Of a DNA stretch of 64,000 nucleotides, positions 29,928 to 39,172 are shown one piece after another. The first letter of the stretch is position 1. Each line of letters begins with the position of its first letter. The DNA comes from an uncultured Chloroflexia bacterium. GTDB taxonomy: Bacteria > Chloroflexota > UBA6077 > JACCZL01. The stretch is taken from positions 160,001 through 224,000 of the forward strand of contig CAVXYC010000023.1 of the NCBI GenBank assembly GCA_963765765.1. The letters run 5' to 3'. Position numbers and translations under genes: made by a program. The notes under the pieces are model-generated. The model ran no database searches, had not been told where the DNA came from, and worked only from the letters and a program-made list of their open reading frames with translations.

Positions 29928-30425
29928 TTAGCGTCCCATCACGGGCTCGCCCTTGGCAATAGCGTCAGCGGCCACTTGAATGGATTCGATGATCTTGTAG
30001 TAACCGGTGCAACGGCACAGGTTGCCCATCATGAACTCTTTGATCTGTTGCTCGCTCGGAAGAGGGATTTCTTCCAGCAACGCGGTGGCGGACATGATCT
30101 GTCCGGGCGTGCAGATGCCGCACTGGAAGCCACCGCACTTGATGAACGCTTCCTGAAGAGGCGTCAAGTGCTCATCGTCCGGAGCCAGCCCCTCGATCGT
30201 GGTGACCTTTGTGCCGTCGATGAATACGGCCGGCATGATGCAGGCCGACATGGTTTCGCCATCGACATTGACGGTGCATGCGCCGCACACGCCCACGCTG
30301 CACCCTTCCTTCGTCCCGGTCAGACCGATCTCATCTCGAATGAGATCGATAAGACGGCGGTGCGCTGGCACGGTGGCCTCGCGCTGCTCGCCATTGAGCT
30401 CAAAGCGAATGGTGTGAGTACTCAC
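29928..30425 (-). CDS. [2Fe-2S] subunit (CoxS-like)
   Basis: [18 protein letters not shown] and NLCRCTGY motifs. Confidence 0.95.
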   Translation of the reverse strand: MSTHTIRFELNGEQREATVPAHRRLIDLIRDEIGLTGTKEGCSVGVCGACTVNVDGETMSACIMPAVFIDGTKVTTIEGLAPDDEHLTPLQEAFIKCGGFQCGICTPGQIMSATALLEEIPLPSEQQIKEFMMGNLCRCTGYYKIIESIQVAADAIAKGEPVMGR

Positions 30426-30673
30426 TGCTCCCCCTCAGAAGGTGTCCTACTATCAAGTGCGCAACGAGGCTCAGTGTAGAACGCCCGGCGCCTGGGCGCA
30501 ACCGGGAGCGCTTGGGCGCGCATTTCCGGATCGTGGCTGTTGTCAACTATCACGCTCCGAAGAATCCCCCGCGTGAGAGGTTCTGCGCTCAGAGTCGTCG
30601 GTAAGTGCTCTATGTCTTCCACTTCAGCTGTGCTTCGTGACGTGCTCCGAACATCGAAGCTTTGGTTTGTCAT
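30422..30673 (-). CDS. Small hypothetical protein coupled to the coxS-like gene
   Basis: 83 aa with AAAGGGG RBS; stop overlaps the coxS ATG (ATGA). Confidence 0.5.
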   Translation of the reverse strand: MTNQSFDVRSTSRSTAEVEDIEHLPTTLSAEPLTRGILRSVIVDNSHDPEMRAQALPVAPRRRAFYTEPRCALDSRTPSEGEQ

Positions 30674-30834
30674 GTGGATGACCCCTTTGAAGAAATCACG
30701 CGCTGGTCCAGGACGCGTCCGCGGACGATACTTGACCGTCAGAGTTTGACACCCTTCTGGCACGCCAGTAAGGTTCACGCTCTAGGGACGCCTTGGCGCG
30801 TCCTTGTATATAGGTCAGACAGGAGCGAGTTAAC

Positions 30835-31695
30835 TTGGACCGAAGGCCTTTACTCTCTCGCGAAAAGCATGGCGTGTTGATTCGTGAGATCAACGCGCTA
30901 AGTCTTTTGCGACCAAAAAGTAAGGGCGTGGACGGAGCTGAATCACTTCTGCGTGCAATAGCGGAGCGGGTAACACCGCTCCTACCTGACGGTTCAGATG
31001 CCCTGGCTGATGGACATCTTATTTATACGCGCGTCTACGCAGAGTTTCTCGAACACGGTGGGAAGGATCCGGCGGCGGCTAAGAACTCTGCTGACCAGAG
31101 CTGGCGGTCAGCTTCAGGGAACTTTTATCAGCGTTACGTGCAGAATCGGATCAATGAAGAAGCCTCGCCGCACGGACTATTGGCGCTGACCGAGACCGAG
31201 CTACACGCAGCCCTTCCCAATCTCATTGAGTTCCTCAAGCTGCCAGCAAAACGCCGCTGCATCCAGAGCTCAATTAATGTCTGGCCGCACAATGACATCG
31301 TGCTGGTCACTAAGACGACTAATCACGAGTGGCGTGCCGTTGGAATCATTTCTTCCAAGACAAGCCTGCGTGAACGCGTCTTCGAGTCGGCGTTTTGGAG
31401 TTTGGCCACGCGTGACACAGGACTGCGCTCAGGCTTTGTGACAGCCGACCTGGATGACGAGTTAGCTGAGTGCGGCGGCAATGGTAAGAATCGACAAATT
31501 ATCGAGACCTACTTCGACCGTGCCTACTCCACCAACCCTGCGACCCGCTTCTGTCCTCAGGTGAGACCTTTTAGTGAGGCACCTGAGGACCTACTGCGCT
31601 GGCAAAAGGACGTAGTCGCGCAGCCTTTGACCGAACCATTGGACTATAAGAGCGGTAGTTGGGCTCCAGCGTTAGTCTGGGCCAATTCACAGTAA
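30835..31695 (+). CDS. Putative type II restriction endonuclease, BsaWI/CCGG-family-like
   Basis: QSWRSASGN, DIVLV...IISSKTSLRER signature; adjacent to a DNA methyltransferase. Confidence 0.7.
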   Translation: MDRRPLLSREKHGVLIREINALSLLRPKSKGVDGAESLLRAIAERVTPLLPDGSDALADGHLIYTRVYAEFLEHGGKDPAAAKNSADQSWRSASGNFYQRYVQNRINEEASPHGLLALTETELHAALPNLIEFLKLPAKRRCIQSSINVWPHNDIVLVTKTTNHEWRAVGIISSKTSLRERVFESAFWSLATRDTGLRSGFVTADLDDELAECGGNGKNRQIIETYFDRAYSTNPATRFCPQVRPFSEAPEDLLRWQKDVVAQPLTEPLDYKSGSWAPALVWANSQ

Positions 31696-32513
31696 CCGGG
31701 GTCAATCTCGACCCCAATAGAGCGACGGCCCAGGTTTTTGGCTGCCACACAGGTTGTGCCCGAGCCCAAAAATGGATCCAGAATGATGTCCTCTTTGTAG
31801 GAGTACAGGAGGATCAGGCGCTTGGCAAGCTCTTCTGGATACGGTGCGGGGTGCCCGACTCGCACCGGATTCGCTCCCGAGAACGTCCAGGTTCCGAGGC
31901 TCCACTCCATGAAGTCCTTGGCCTCAATTTCCCAGGTCTTTCCTTGGTCAGGCCGTTTCCAGGTCTCCTTGAAGAAGACCGGAATCATCTCAACCGGAGC
32001 TGTCACGAAGGGAGCTGATGGTTTCCTCCAGCTGCCCCAGGCGGTTCGCCGGGAGATATTCTGCTCGTTCCAGACGATCGTGGTCTGATATTCCCAACCG
32101 GCGTTTCGGAACGCTTTTACATAATCGGCGTAGACTGCCCTCTTCCCGCCTTTATTGGTATCGAGGGGGATGTTGATACAGGCCCGTCCCCCAGTGGTAG
32201 AGACGCGCAGTAAGCTGGCGGCCCAATCTTCAATCCACTTTAGGTAGGCGTGGTAGGGCACGTCATCTCGATAGCCGTTGTAGGACATGTCGAGGTTGTA
32301 TGGCGGCGATGTCACCGTGAGGTCGACCGACTCATCATCAATGAATTGCAGATGCGTGGAGTCGGCGTTATAGATGGTGACCAATTCGTCTCGGAAATAG
32401 GGCTCCACAGGTCCATCCGCTTCAAGTGTCGGACTATTGTAGTGCCCTGGCGTCTGGATCTCCCGCGCCTGTGGAGCACAGTCTCGAGACGCAGCTTCTG
32501 GAGCGGTGATCAT
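31644..32513 (-). CDS. Site-specific DNA methyltransferase (beta class, probably N4-cytosine)
   Basis: VTSPPYN, HPAPYP and LDPFLGSGTT motifs; ATG overlaps the upstream ORF stop. Confidence 0.92.
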   Translation of the reverse strand: MITAPEAASRDCAPQAREIQTPGHYNSPTLEADGPVEPYFRDELVTIYNADSTHLQFIDDESVDLTVTSPPYNLDMSYNGYRDDVPYHAYLKWIEDWAASLLRVSTTGGRACINIPLDTNKGGKRAVYADYVKAFRNAGWEYQTTIVWNEQNISRRTAWGSWRKPSAPFVTAPVEMIPVFFKETWKRPDQGKTWEIEAKDFMEWSLGTWTFSGANPVRVGHPAPYPEELAKRLILLYSYKEDIILDPFLGSGTTCVAAKNLGRRSIGVEIDPGYCELAQTNAGAQLPLL

Positions 32514-32749
32514 TCGAGCGGTAAACCCAAAATCCGACGCGCAATCGTCCGCATACCGAGTTCTACGCAGTCGCGGTAGGTTGAGTACGTCGCGAAGTTG
32601 ACGAGCTGTTTTGTCTCTGAACACTCAAAGGTCTCCGGGTCAGACCTAAGGTCAGTGAGGCGCTGGAGGCGCTCGATGTAGACGCATCGCAGCAAGTCAT
32701 CCGATGTGCTCGAGCCCGAGGTGCCTGTCTCCGAGTAACGACTGTCCAT
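32510..32749 (-). CDS. Small helical hypothetical protein, first gene after the SOS box
   Basis: 79 aa with GGGAGG RBS; ATGA overlap with the MTase. Confidence 0.65.
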   Translation of the reverse strand: MDSRYSETGTSGSSTSDDLLRCVYIERLQRLTDLRSDPETFECSETKQLVNFATYSTYRDCVELGMRTIARRILGLPLE

Positions 32750-32796
32750 GGTCACCCTCCCGAAACGTCGCCAATGGTGAAACCACACGCACCCCC

Positions 32797-32816
32797 ATTA
32801 TAGAACTAGTGTTCTA
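32797..32816 (-). promoter_or_regulatory. LexA (SOS) box abutting a TATAAT -10 element
   Basis: TAGAAC-TAGT-GTTCTA at 32801-32816; minus-strand TATAAT at 32797-32802. Confidence 0.78.
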
Positions 32817-32899
32817 CATAAATGTCGCCGCGGCTTGGCTGCTGCCGTTGCATGGTTGTCGGTGTCGCGAAATGGAGATTGGGCGACATTAGTCGCTTA

Positions 32900-32965
32900 C
32901 TGACTCCAAGCGACAGTCTTCGGTAGCCGTACATCAACCGGGGATATTGACGAGCCATTCCCAAT
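32900..32965 (-). mobile_element. Possible IS3-family transposase remnant
   Basis: Translates MARQYPRLMYGYRRL, resembling the IS3 OrfB motif A..YPRYGYRR; very short. Confidence 0.3.
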
Positions 32966-33007
32966 CGGACGTTTTCGGACGCTACTGAACGGTGAAGCCG
33001 ACCTCGA

Positions 33008-34402
33008 TCATTTCGGTATTCGATTCGCAACGACTTTGCCGAGCTCACTGGTCAGGGCTTGCTCGAACTCCTCAGTAATGTCGTCCGCTCCACTCCGCGC
33101 GTGGGCGACCTCGTGGAGCAATGTCCCCGCATAGGTTGCCAGGTCGGCCAGTTGAGACCGTTTGACAATGATTCGCTGCTCGATTGGATCCCATACGCCC
33201 ACGGCCTCGTTGTAGCCGTGGTTCTGGAGCCGCATCGTCTCGGAAATCAGGACATCGCGAACGACTTGGGGTTTGCCTCCGGCGAGGGACAGGATTTCCC
33301 GGGTTCGATCCCACACTGCCCGCTCGGCGTCGGACAGCTGCTCAATCGGCACCAGAGCATACTGAAAACTCTGCTGCCACTCCTCGCGGTACTGTCCCAA
33401 GTCTCGTATCGGCTGACCACTCATATCGGTGAGACTCGGTAGCTTCGCCCGGATCGTGTCTGGGACCACAACCACACGATAACCATCCTCTTGTGCTCGA
33501 TCCACGAAGGTTCGGGCACTCCAGAGTTCCATCGACGTAAGGAAGATGACACGCTGGCTCGAGTTCAGAATGGTGCACGCGTGCAGCGCCACGTCTTGCC
33601 ACTGCAACTCATCGTGCCACTTTCCTGTTTGAAATCGCTGCAGGTCTTCTGCGAGCAGATTGACCACGTTCTCCGCTTGACTTCCTAGGAGAATTGACTT
33701 GACTCGGTCGGTGTAGGCGGACCGACCAACATGGGTGCGCTCGCGGTTCAACGCCTGACGCAGGCTCTTCGTCGGCGAAGTGATGTTGTAAGAGAACAGG
33801 AAATTGGGCTCTTCGGCAACTCTGAGGCCATTCACGTAGATCCGGGCGTTGCGCTTTTCTCTCTTGAGCACCTGGCCGAACGACGTCTCTTCCAAGACGA
33901 TGTCGCCGGAGTAGTGGAGGAAGAGATCCTTGGCATCTTCGACGGCCTGGTCCTTGACGCCATCAAGAACGACGTCCGTTCCGACCATTTCTGGCTCGCT
34001 GGGTCCACCAATCAACGCGTGCAGCGTCGCCAAGTCATCGAAACCATGCTTCCGCTCCTTGCCGATCGAGATGTCTCCATGGCGGGAATGAAGTACGACT
34101 CGCACGCGGTGCCGGTGAAACGTTGCGAGTGCATCCTTGAGCCCCACCCCGAACTTCCCGATTACACGTTCGGGATGGGCGAGTTTCTCGCGGTTCTCGT
34201 TCTGAGTTAGATGCTCATAACGGATCCCTCGGCCCCAGTCGCGGATGTGCCAGCTTCCTTCTTCTTTGTAGATCGCTGGTTCCGTCGTCACGGTCAGCGC
34301 TTGCTCATCTAAAGCATTGGCGACGACCTCGCGGATGGCGTGCGCCACCGTCCACTGTTCAAGCACCCGCTCGATGTTGAGATCGAATTTCCGTGTCTCC
34401 AT
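33008..34402 (-). CDS. GHKL-type ATPase with C-terminal HExxH motif
   Basis: AIREVVANALD, DWGRG and IGKFGVGLK (GHKL); C-terminal LLHEVAH. Confidence 0.82.
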   Translation of the reverse strand: METRKFDLNIERVLEQWTVAHAIREVVANALDEQALTVTTEPAIYKEEGSWHIRDWGRGIRYEHLTQNENREKLAHPERVIGKFGVGLKDALATFHRHRVRVVLHSRHGDISIGKERKHGFDDLATLHALIGGPSEPEMVGTDVVLDGVKDQAVEDAKDLFLHYSGDIVLEETSFGQVLKREKRNARIYVNGLRVAEEPNFLFSYNITSPTKSLRQALNRERTHVGRSAYTDRVKSILLGSQAENVVNLLAEDLQRFQTGKWHDELQWQDVALHACTILNSSQRVIFLTSMELWSARTFVDRAQEDGYRVVVVPDTIRAKLPSLTDMSGQPIRDLGQYREEWQQSFQYALVPIEQLSDAERAVWDRTREILSLAGGKPQVVRDVLISETMRLQNHGYNEAVGVWDPIEQRIIVKRSQLADLATYAGTLLHEVAHARSGADDITEEFEQALTSELGKVVANRIPK

Positions 34403-34493
34403 CGTTGGCAAACCCAGTGGCACCATGCCAGCGGCGAATTGGGAATCGGATTTCGCCTATTATCGTCCCGGTTGCATCGACAGCCCGGGCCGT

Positions 34494-34570
34494 TGGATAT
34501 CGAGGAGCTTATCTCGTTACACGACGCCGCGGCTCGCTGCGGGATCAGTGCCACTCAGCTCCGTAGTGCA
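34494..34570 (+). pseudogene. Possible excisionase-like HTH remnant
   Basis: Translates LDIEELISLHDAAARCGISATQLR, then loses similarity. Confidence 0.3.
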
Positions 34571-34703
34571 TACCGCCTCACTCAGACCGGGATGGCGGCT
34601 TCCGTGTCTGGAGTCCTATGGTTATTTCGCGGCGCAGGTTTAAGGGACACGGATCTTTCCACGCCCTGCCCGTTCGATAATCCCCATTATCAGAACGGGC
34701 GCC

Positions 34704-35765
34704 TCATGAGTACCGACGCTTTTTTGCGGCCAGCATGCCCGCAATGGCGGCTTCGGCCAACGGGGCGGCAGCCTCCTCCGGCATAGGAGAGACGGAGCTG
34801 ACGTTGATCTCGCAGAGCACGTATGTATCTTCACCTGTATCGGTCTTCGGGCCCAGCAAGAAGTCCGCGTCCCAGATCACCGGCAGCGATTCCCGTTCGA
34901 TCCCGAGGGCGCTCTGCATCTGAGCTACCCAGCCGCTCTCGAGTAACTCCTTGAGCCGCTGAAACTCTGGCTTCGCGGGTCCGTAGTACAGGCGTGGTGA
35001 TGAGGCGGGAGCAGCGACCTCTCCGGACGGAGGGGGGAGCAACGCCGTGACAAACTGCTGCCCAAATCCAACCACTCGGTCGCAGGAGAGATAGCAGCGG
35101 ATCATCCCGTCCTCCAGCCGCGACTGGTATGGCTGGTCGATCATGTGGCCGTCGTCTTCAAAGTACTGACGACATACGTCGAGGAGCTCGCTGAAATGCA
35201 TCTGATCCACCCGGCTGCCGCGCGTCCCATGCTGAACACGGACGATCGTCTCATCCCCTGTCAACGCATCGTTTACCAGCTCCACCTTCCAAACACCGTT
35301 TCCGCCGTTTCCTCGGTGCTGTTTCAACACGCGCGCTCCGCTGGAGCGGAGCCGGTCGGGGAGCTGCTGGCCAAGCTGATCCAGGCTCCGGTAGAGGTGC
35401 GTGTCCGTGCCCCAGGCGAGGTGGCGGGTGTCATACAAGACGTCTTTCGTCCCCATCTTCAGGATGACGTCCGGGTGGGCGCTCACGAAAACCCCTCGTG
35501 AAGCGAGCTCGCGCAACATCGGATCCAGCACTGATCGGTCGCGTCCGTCATCGATGGGATTGACCCAGACGAGAACGGCATCCAACTCGAGCAGCCGCTC
35601 ACGGATAGCGTTAACCGCATCCTCCGCGAAATGGACGAGCTCTACATCCACGCCCTGCGAAACAAGCGCCTCGTAAATCGCCCCGAACCTCGTCTCGGCG
35701 AGCCTGGGCATTACCTGGGTGGGATCGCCGCGTTCGAGGATCCCGATTCGACCGATCTCGTTCAT
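34704..35765 (-). CDS. Cj0069-family ATP-grasp protein
   Basis: VLVWVNP, SAHPDVILKMGTK, RVLKQHRGNGGNGVW, WDADF and LCEINVS motifs. Confidence 0.82.
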   Translation of the reverse strand: MNEIGRIGILERGDPTQVMPRLAETRFGAIYEALVSQGVDVELVHFAEDAVNAIRERLLELDAVLVWVNPIDDGRDRSVLDPMLRELASRGVFVSAHPDVILKMGTKDVLYDTRHLAWGTDTHLYRSLDQLGQQLPDRLRSSGARVLKQHRGNGGNGVWKVELVNDALTGDETIVRVQHGTRGSRVDQMHFSELLDVCRQYFEDDGHMIDQPYQSRLEDGMIRCYLSCDRVVGFGQQFVTALLPPPSGEVAAPASSPRLYYGPAKPEFQRLKELLESGWVAQMQSALGIERESLPVIWDADFLLGPKTDTGEDTYVLCEINVSSVSPMPEEAAAPLAEAAIAGMLAAKKRRYS

Positions 35766-35894
35766 TGTGAGCGCACCTCGGATTCGATTTCTCTTGCCAC
35801 CGGCTTGGCGGAGCGAACTGGCTCGTCGCTCTGGCGGGATGTCGATTCGCAGTGATTCCCCTGCTTTTCCCTTAGACTCGTCACTCAAGACTGC

Positions 35895-37115
35895 CTATGA
35901 GCTCTTGCCGAGCAGCGGCCACAGGATGAGCCCGACGATTCCCGCGCCAGCAACCAGCACCGGCTCCGTCAACTTGAATCGCCAGAGAAGACCGAGGCTC
36001 ACCACGGCGATCAGGGCCGTCGGCACATCGACGAGTGCCCGTTGCCCCAGTACGACAACGGCGCCGGCGATCGCCCCCGTCGCTGCCGCCGTCGCGCCGG
36101 AGACGAACGCTTTGAGCTGCGGATTCTCCCGATGCCTCCGAAACCACGGTGCCGGAATGATCGTGAAGAGGTAGACGGGCACGAAGATCCCGATGGACGC
36201 AGCCACCGCACCGGCGAATCCCGCCACCAGAAAGCCAATGAACGCCACCGTGATCACGACCGGTCCGGGCGTGACCATGGCCACGGCCACGGCGTCCAGG
36301 AACTGGTTCTCGGTCAGCCACCCGTACTGCTGAACAACGCCCTGGTTCAGGAACGGCACGATGGCCAGGCCGCTACCAAAAACGAACGCCCCGGCCTTGG
36401 TGAAAAACAGCAGGATCTGCGTCAGCTCATCGCCGCCGCGATCCAGCGCTGAGGCGTTGAGCACCAGGACGTTCGTCGCCCAGATCACGGCTGCAAGCAC
36501 GCCCGTACCGAGACCGATAACCAGCGCCTTTGCCCGCCCCGGCCAAGCGCACACCAGCAACGCTGCCAGTCCGGCCAGCAAGAAGATCTCGGCCAGCTCC
36601 GCCTGGGCCCAGATCGTGACGATGGCCAGAACCGCGAAGATGCCCCACAGCAACGGGTCGCGCTTGTTGGTGCTGCGTGCGAGTTTGTAGGCCGCGATGG
36701 CGATGATCGCGATCACCGCCGCGCCGATCCCGTAGAACAGCGCTTGCATCCACCAGAGCCCGCCATATGCCACATACAGCAGCGACAGGCCGATGACCAT
36801 GAAGAACGACGGTAGGATGAACGCCACCCCAACCAGCGTGGCGCCGAGGATGCCGGCCTGGAAGTAGCCAATGGCGATGGCGGTCTGTGCCGCGAGCGGT
36901 CCGGGCATGATCTGAGCAAGCGCCAACGCCAGCTTGTAGGTGTCCTCGTCCAGCGACTTCTCACGCTCCACCAGGTCACGGTGCATATAGCCGATCAGCG
37001 CCGGCGGGCCGCCGAAACCAATAGTCCCCAGCTTCAGGAAATACGCCACCAGCGGCCAGAGACGCCCGCGTGAGCTCGGGGCGGCGGCGCTTGAGACAGA
37101 GTGAACCGAATCCAT
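35895..37115 (-). CDS. chrA: Chromate efflux transporter (long-chain CHR)
   Basis: FGGP, QIMPGP, FVFGSG and VTPGP duplicated CHR motifs. Confidence 0.93.
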   Translation of the reverse strand: MDSVHSVSSAAAPSSRGRLWPLVAYFLKLGTIGFGGPPALIGYMHRDLVEREKSLDEDTYKLALALAQIMPGPLAAQTAIAIGYFQAGILGATLVGVAFILPSFFMVIGLSLLYVAYGGLWWMQALFYGIGAAVIAIIAIAAYKLARSTNKRDPLLWGIFAVLAIVTIWAQAELAEIFLLAGLAALLVCAWPGRAKALVIGLGTGVLAAVIWATNVLVLNASALDRGGDELTQILLFFTKAGAFVFGSGLAIVPFLNQGVVQQYGWLTENQFLDAVAVAMVTPGPVVITVAFIGFLVAGFAGAVAASIGIFVPVYLFTIIPAPWFRRHRENPQLKAFVSGATAAATGAIAGAVVVLGQRALVDVPTALIAVVSLGLLWRFKLTEPVLVAGAGIVGLILWPLLGKSS

Positions 37116-37140
37116 CGTCAGCTTCCTTTCTCAGAGCCGC

Positions 37141-37353
37141 TCATGTTTGATCGGCGCGGCTGAAGAATGCCCGCCAGATCCAGTACACGCCGGAGATTCC
37201 GATCAGGACGAACACGATATCGTCCATGGGGTCCCAGATGCGCTCCAGGAGCACATCTAGAATGTTCACGTCGGTCACGAAGTAGGCCCAGGAGAACGCC
37301 CCGATCAGCAGAAGGACGAACGCAATCCAGTCCGGCAGCGTCTTTGGTCGCAT
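37141..37353 (-). CDS. Small 2-TM membrane protein (DUF378-like), paralog 1
   Basis: DWIAFVLLLIGAFSW...VNIL...WDPMDDIVFVLIGISGVYW; AAGGGG RBS. Confidence 0.7.
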   Translation of the reverse strand: MRPKTLPDWIAFVLLLIGAFSWAYFVTDVNILDVLLERIWDPMDDIVFVLIGISGVYWIWRAFFSRADQT

Positions 37354-37407
37354 GCAAGCCCCCTTCACATCGCCTCGGAGCCGGTTCGCCCGGCTTCCAT
37401 CGTCGGT

Positions 37408-37647
37408 TCACGGTAACCGTCTGGCGTCGGCGTTCCCCATTGCCTGGCACTGCCGCGGAAACACGCGCCGCAGCCAGTACACGCCCGAAACGGCGATCAG
37501 GACAAAGGCCAGGTCGTCCAACGGGTCCCACATACGCCCGAGAATTACTGTCAGGATGTTCACCTGCGTCGCGTAGTAGCCCCAGGCGAAAGCGCCAATC
37601 AGCAGGAACGCGAATGCAATCCAATCAAGGAGATTCTCAGGTCGCAT
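37408..37647 (-). CDS. Small 2-TM membrane protein (DUF378-like), paralog 2
   Basis: DWIAFAFLLIGAFAW...VNIL...WDPLDDLAFVLIAVSGVYW. Confidence 0.68.
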   Translation of the reverse strand: MRPENLLDWIAFAFLLIGAFAWGYYATQVNILTVILGRMWDPLDDLAFVLIAVSGVYWLRRVFPRQCQAMGNADARRLP

Positions 37648-37787
37648 TCCGGGTCGAGTACCCGACTGCAATGTGCTCCGGGCATGCAGGCCCGAGTTCT
37701 CCAAAATTGCTGAAACCGTCCCCACCGTCCGTACGTGACAGCCTGAGTGAGTCGCGCGGATACATCCGTTCCCCCATGCCTTTCGCG

Positions 37788-38207
37788 CTACGGTGTCTCG
37801 GCCGCGAGCTGCGCGTAGAGCGCCTCGTACACCATGCGACCTCGTTCAATTGCCTCCTGGTCATCACGACTAATTCGATGCAGGCCCAGACAGATAAGAT
37901 CCATACCTGGCGCAGCGGACTCAACCTGCACTTCAGAAGCTGTGTCGACCTCATCGATGATGCGTGCGATGCGCATCAGCACCGGGTCATCCAGACCGTA
38001 TTCCTCCAGGAATGTGCGGAATGACGCATGCCCCTTTCGATGGCTGAGTCGAACACCCGGCATGTCGAACGGTTCCGCGCCTTCCGGAAGCGCCTCCTGC
38101 GGCGCCCGGACAAAGAGGAACTCGGCGTCAGGATCAATGAACCGTCGGATGAGCCAGGCGCAGCCCATTCGGTCGATGCCTACATCGGCCCGCGTGACCC
38201 ACTTCAT
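37788..38207 (-). CDS. chrB: Chromate resistance protein, ChrB C-terminal domain
   Basis: MKWVTR...IDRMGCAWLIRRFID...FD...SH...YEALY. Confidence 0.88.
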   Translation of the reverse strand: MKWVTRADVGIDRMGCAWLIRRFIDPDAEFLFVRAPQEALPEGAEPFDMPGVRLSHRKGHASFRTFLEEYGLDDPVLMRIARIIDEVDTASEVQVESAAPGMDLICLGLHRISRDDQEAIERGRMVYEALYAQLAAETP

Positions 38208-38654
38208 TGCTCCCCTCCTCGCTCGCCGACGAGCAGCGCGCGCACTCGTTCCCCCCGCTCCGAATGGAAAAAGTCCTGCTGGCGCACAAGCTGGTACCTG
38301 CGCGAGAGTACAGCGACGTCGGGCTCAGCCTCGGTCAGGGCCTGCGCGATCTCTGTGTAGAGCTCGTCCACCTGCGCCTTGAACTGCTCCGCCAGACGCT
38401 CGTCGTGCCCATCAACGCAGGGCGCGCCCTTCCAGAGCATGGCCTCACCGCCCAGCTCTTCAATCTCACCCACCAACCACTGCAGCTGCTCGAGTGTCCG
38501 GGGTGTGCGCCGGTAGCACCCAGGCCGAGTCGTGGAGCAGGATGGCGCCAAGCCGCTTCAGCTTCCGCCAAACGGCCACGCGGCCGGCAGTGGGTTTCGG
38601 CGGCACCCTATAGAGAAGCATCACCCACCGTCCCGCATCATTGCTTGTAACCAC
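38204..38654 (-). CDS. ChrB N-terminal (DNA-binding) domain protein; frameshift near 38515
   Basis: WVMLLYRVP...RVAVWRKLKRLGA.LL, continuing in another frame as EQLQWL..EI.ELGGEA...DFF. Confidence 0.8.
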
Positions 38655-38670
38655 AGTTACATACTACACA
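38646..38670 (-). promoter_or_regulatory. Extended -10 and palindromic operator over the chr start codon
   Basis: Minus strand TGTG-TAGTAT-N6-GTG; palindrome TGTAAC-N4-GTTACA at 38646-38661. Confidence 0.6.
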
Positions 38671-38786
38671 AGAGGGAGACCGAGTCTCCACCGCTTCAAG
38701 CTGAGCGCATATCCTGATTGCCAACTCGACTGCGGTGTGCCGTAGCCCGCCCCCAGCCTTCCCCTTAGATGCCGCAAGTAATGCGA

Positions 38787-38981
38787 TCACGGTCTACCGT
38801 GAATGCGCCAGATCCAATCCATCCCGTCCCGCGTAATGGTCCCGAATTCGGACGGAGGCGGTTTGGTTACCTGGTGGGAAAGCCATCCAATTGCGGCATC
38901 CGCCCCAAGCTGATTCCAGGCGATGAGCCCCACGAGCACCGAGACATAGGCTATTTTCACAACAGCCGTTTTCAGGTCCAT
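38787..38981 (-). CDS. Possible small membrane-anchored protein
   Basis: 64-aa ORF with an N-terminal hydrophobic helix; no recognised family. Confidence 0.3.
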   Translation of the reverse strand: MDLKTAVVKIAYVSVLVGLIAWNQLGADAAIGWLSHQVTKPPPSEFGTITRDGMDWIWRIHGRP

Positions 38982-39053
38982 ACAGTTCTAAAACCATCAA
39001 TGCGTATGTAGTTCAATGCGCATCCTATTTAATGCCCATATATGCAATAGATA

Positions 39054-39069
39054 GAGCAGTTATTTGCTC
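39054..39069. promoter_or_regulatory. Possible ArsR/SmtB-type operator upstream of the CDF gene
   Basis: GAGCA-GTTATT-TGCTC inverted repeat in an AT-rich promoter region. Confidence 0.4.
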
Positions 39070-39172
39070 ATTGTAGTAGGCTCGATTTACCTGCCAGTGA
39101 ACCGTCATTCGGTAATCATTTTAGAGTTGTCATGATAAACTCGCATTCAAGACGGCAAGCTGCGCGAGAGTC

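Noticed and set aside
25898-30425. Aerobic CO dehydrogenase
   Set aside because: It lacks AYxCSFR and the canonical M-S-L order.
30674-30834. Moco riboswitch upstream of the molybdoenzyme genes
   Set aside because: Only small hairpins; consensus elements were not recognisable.
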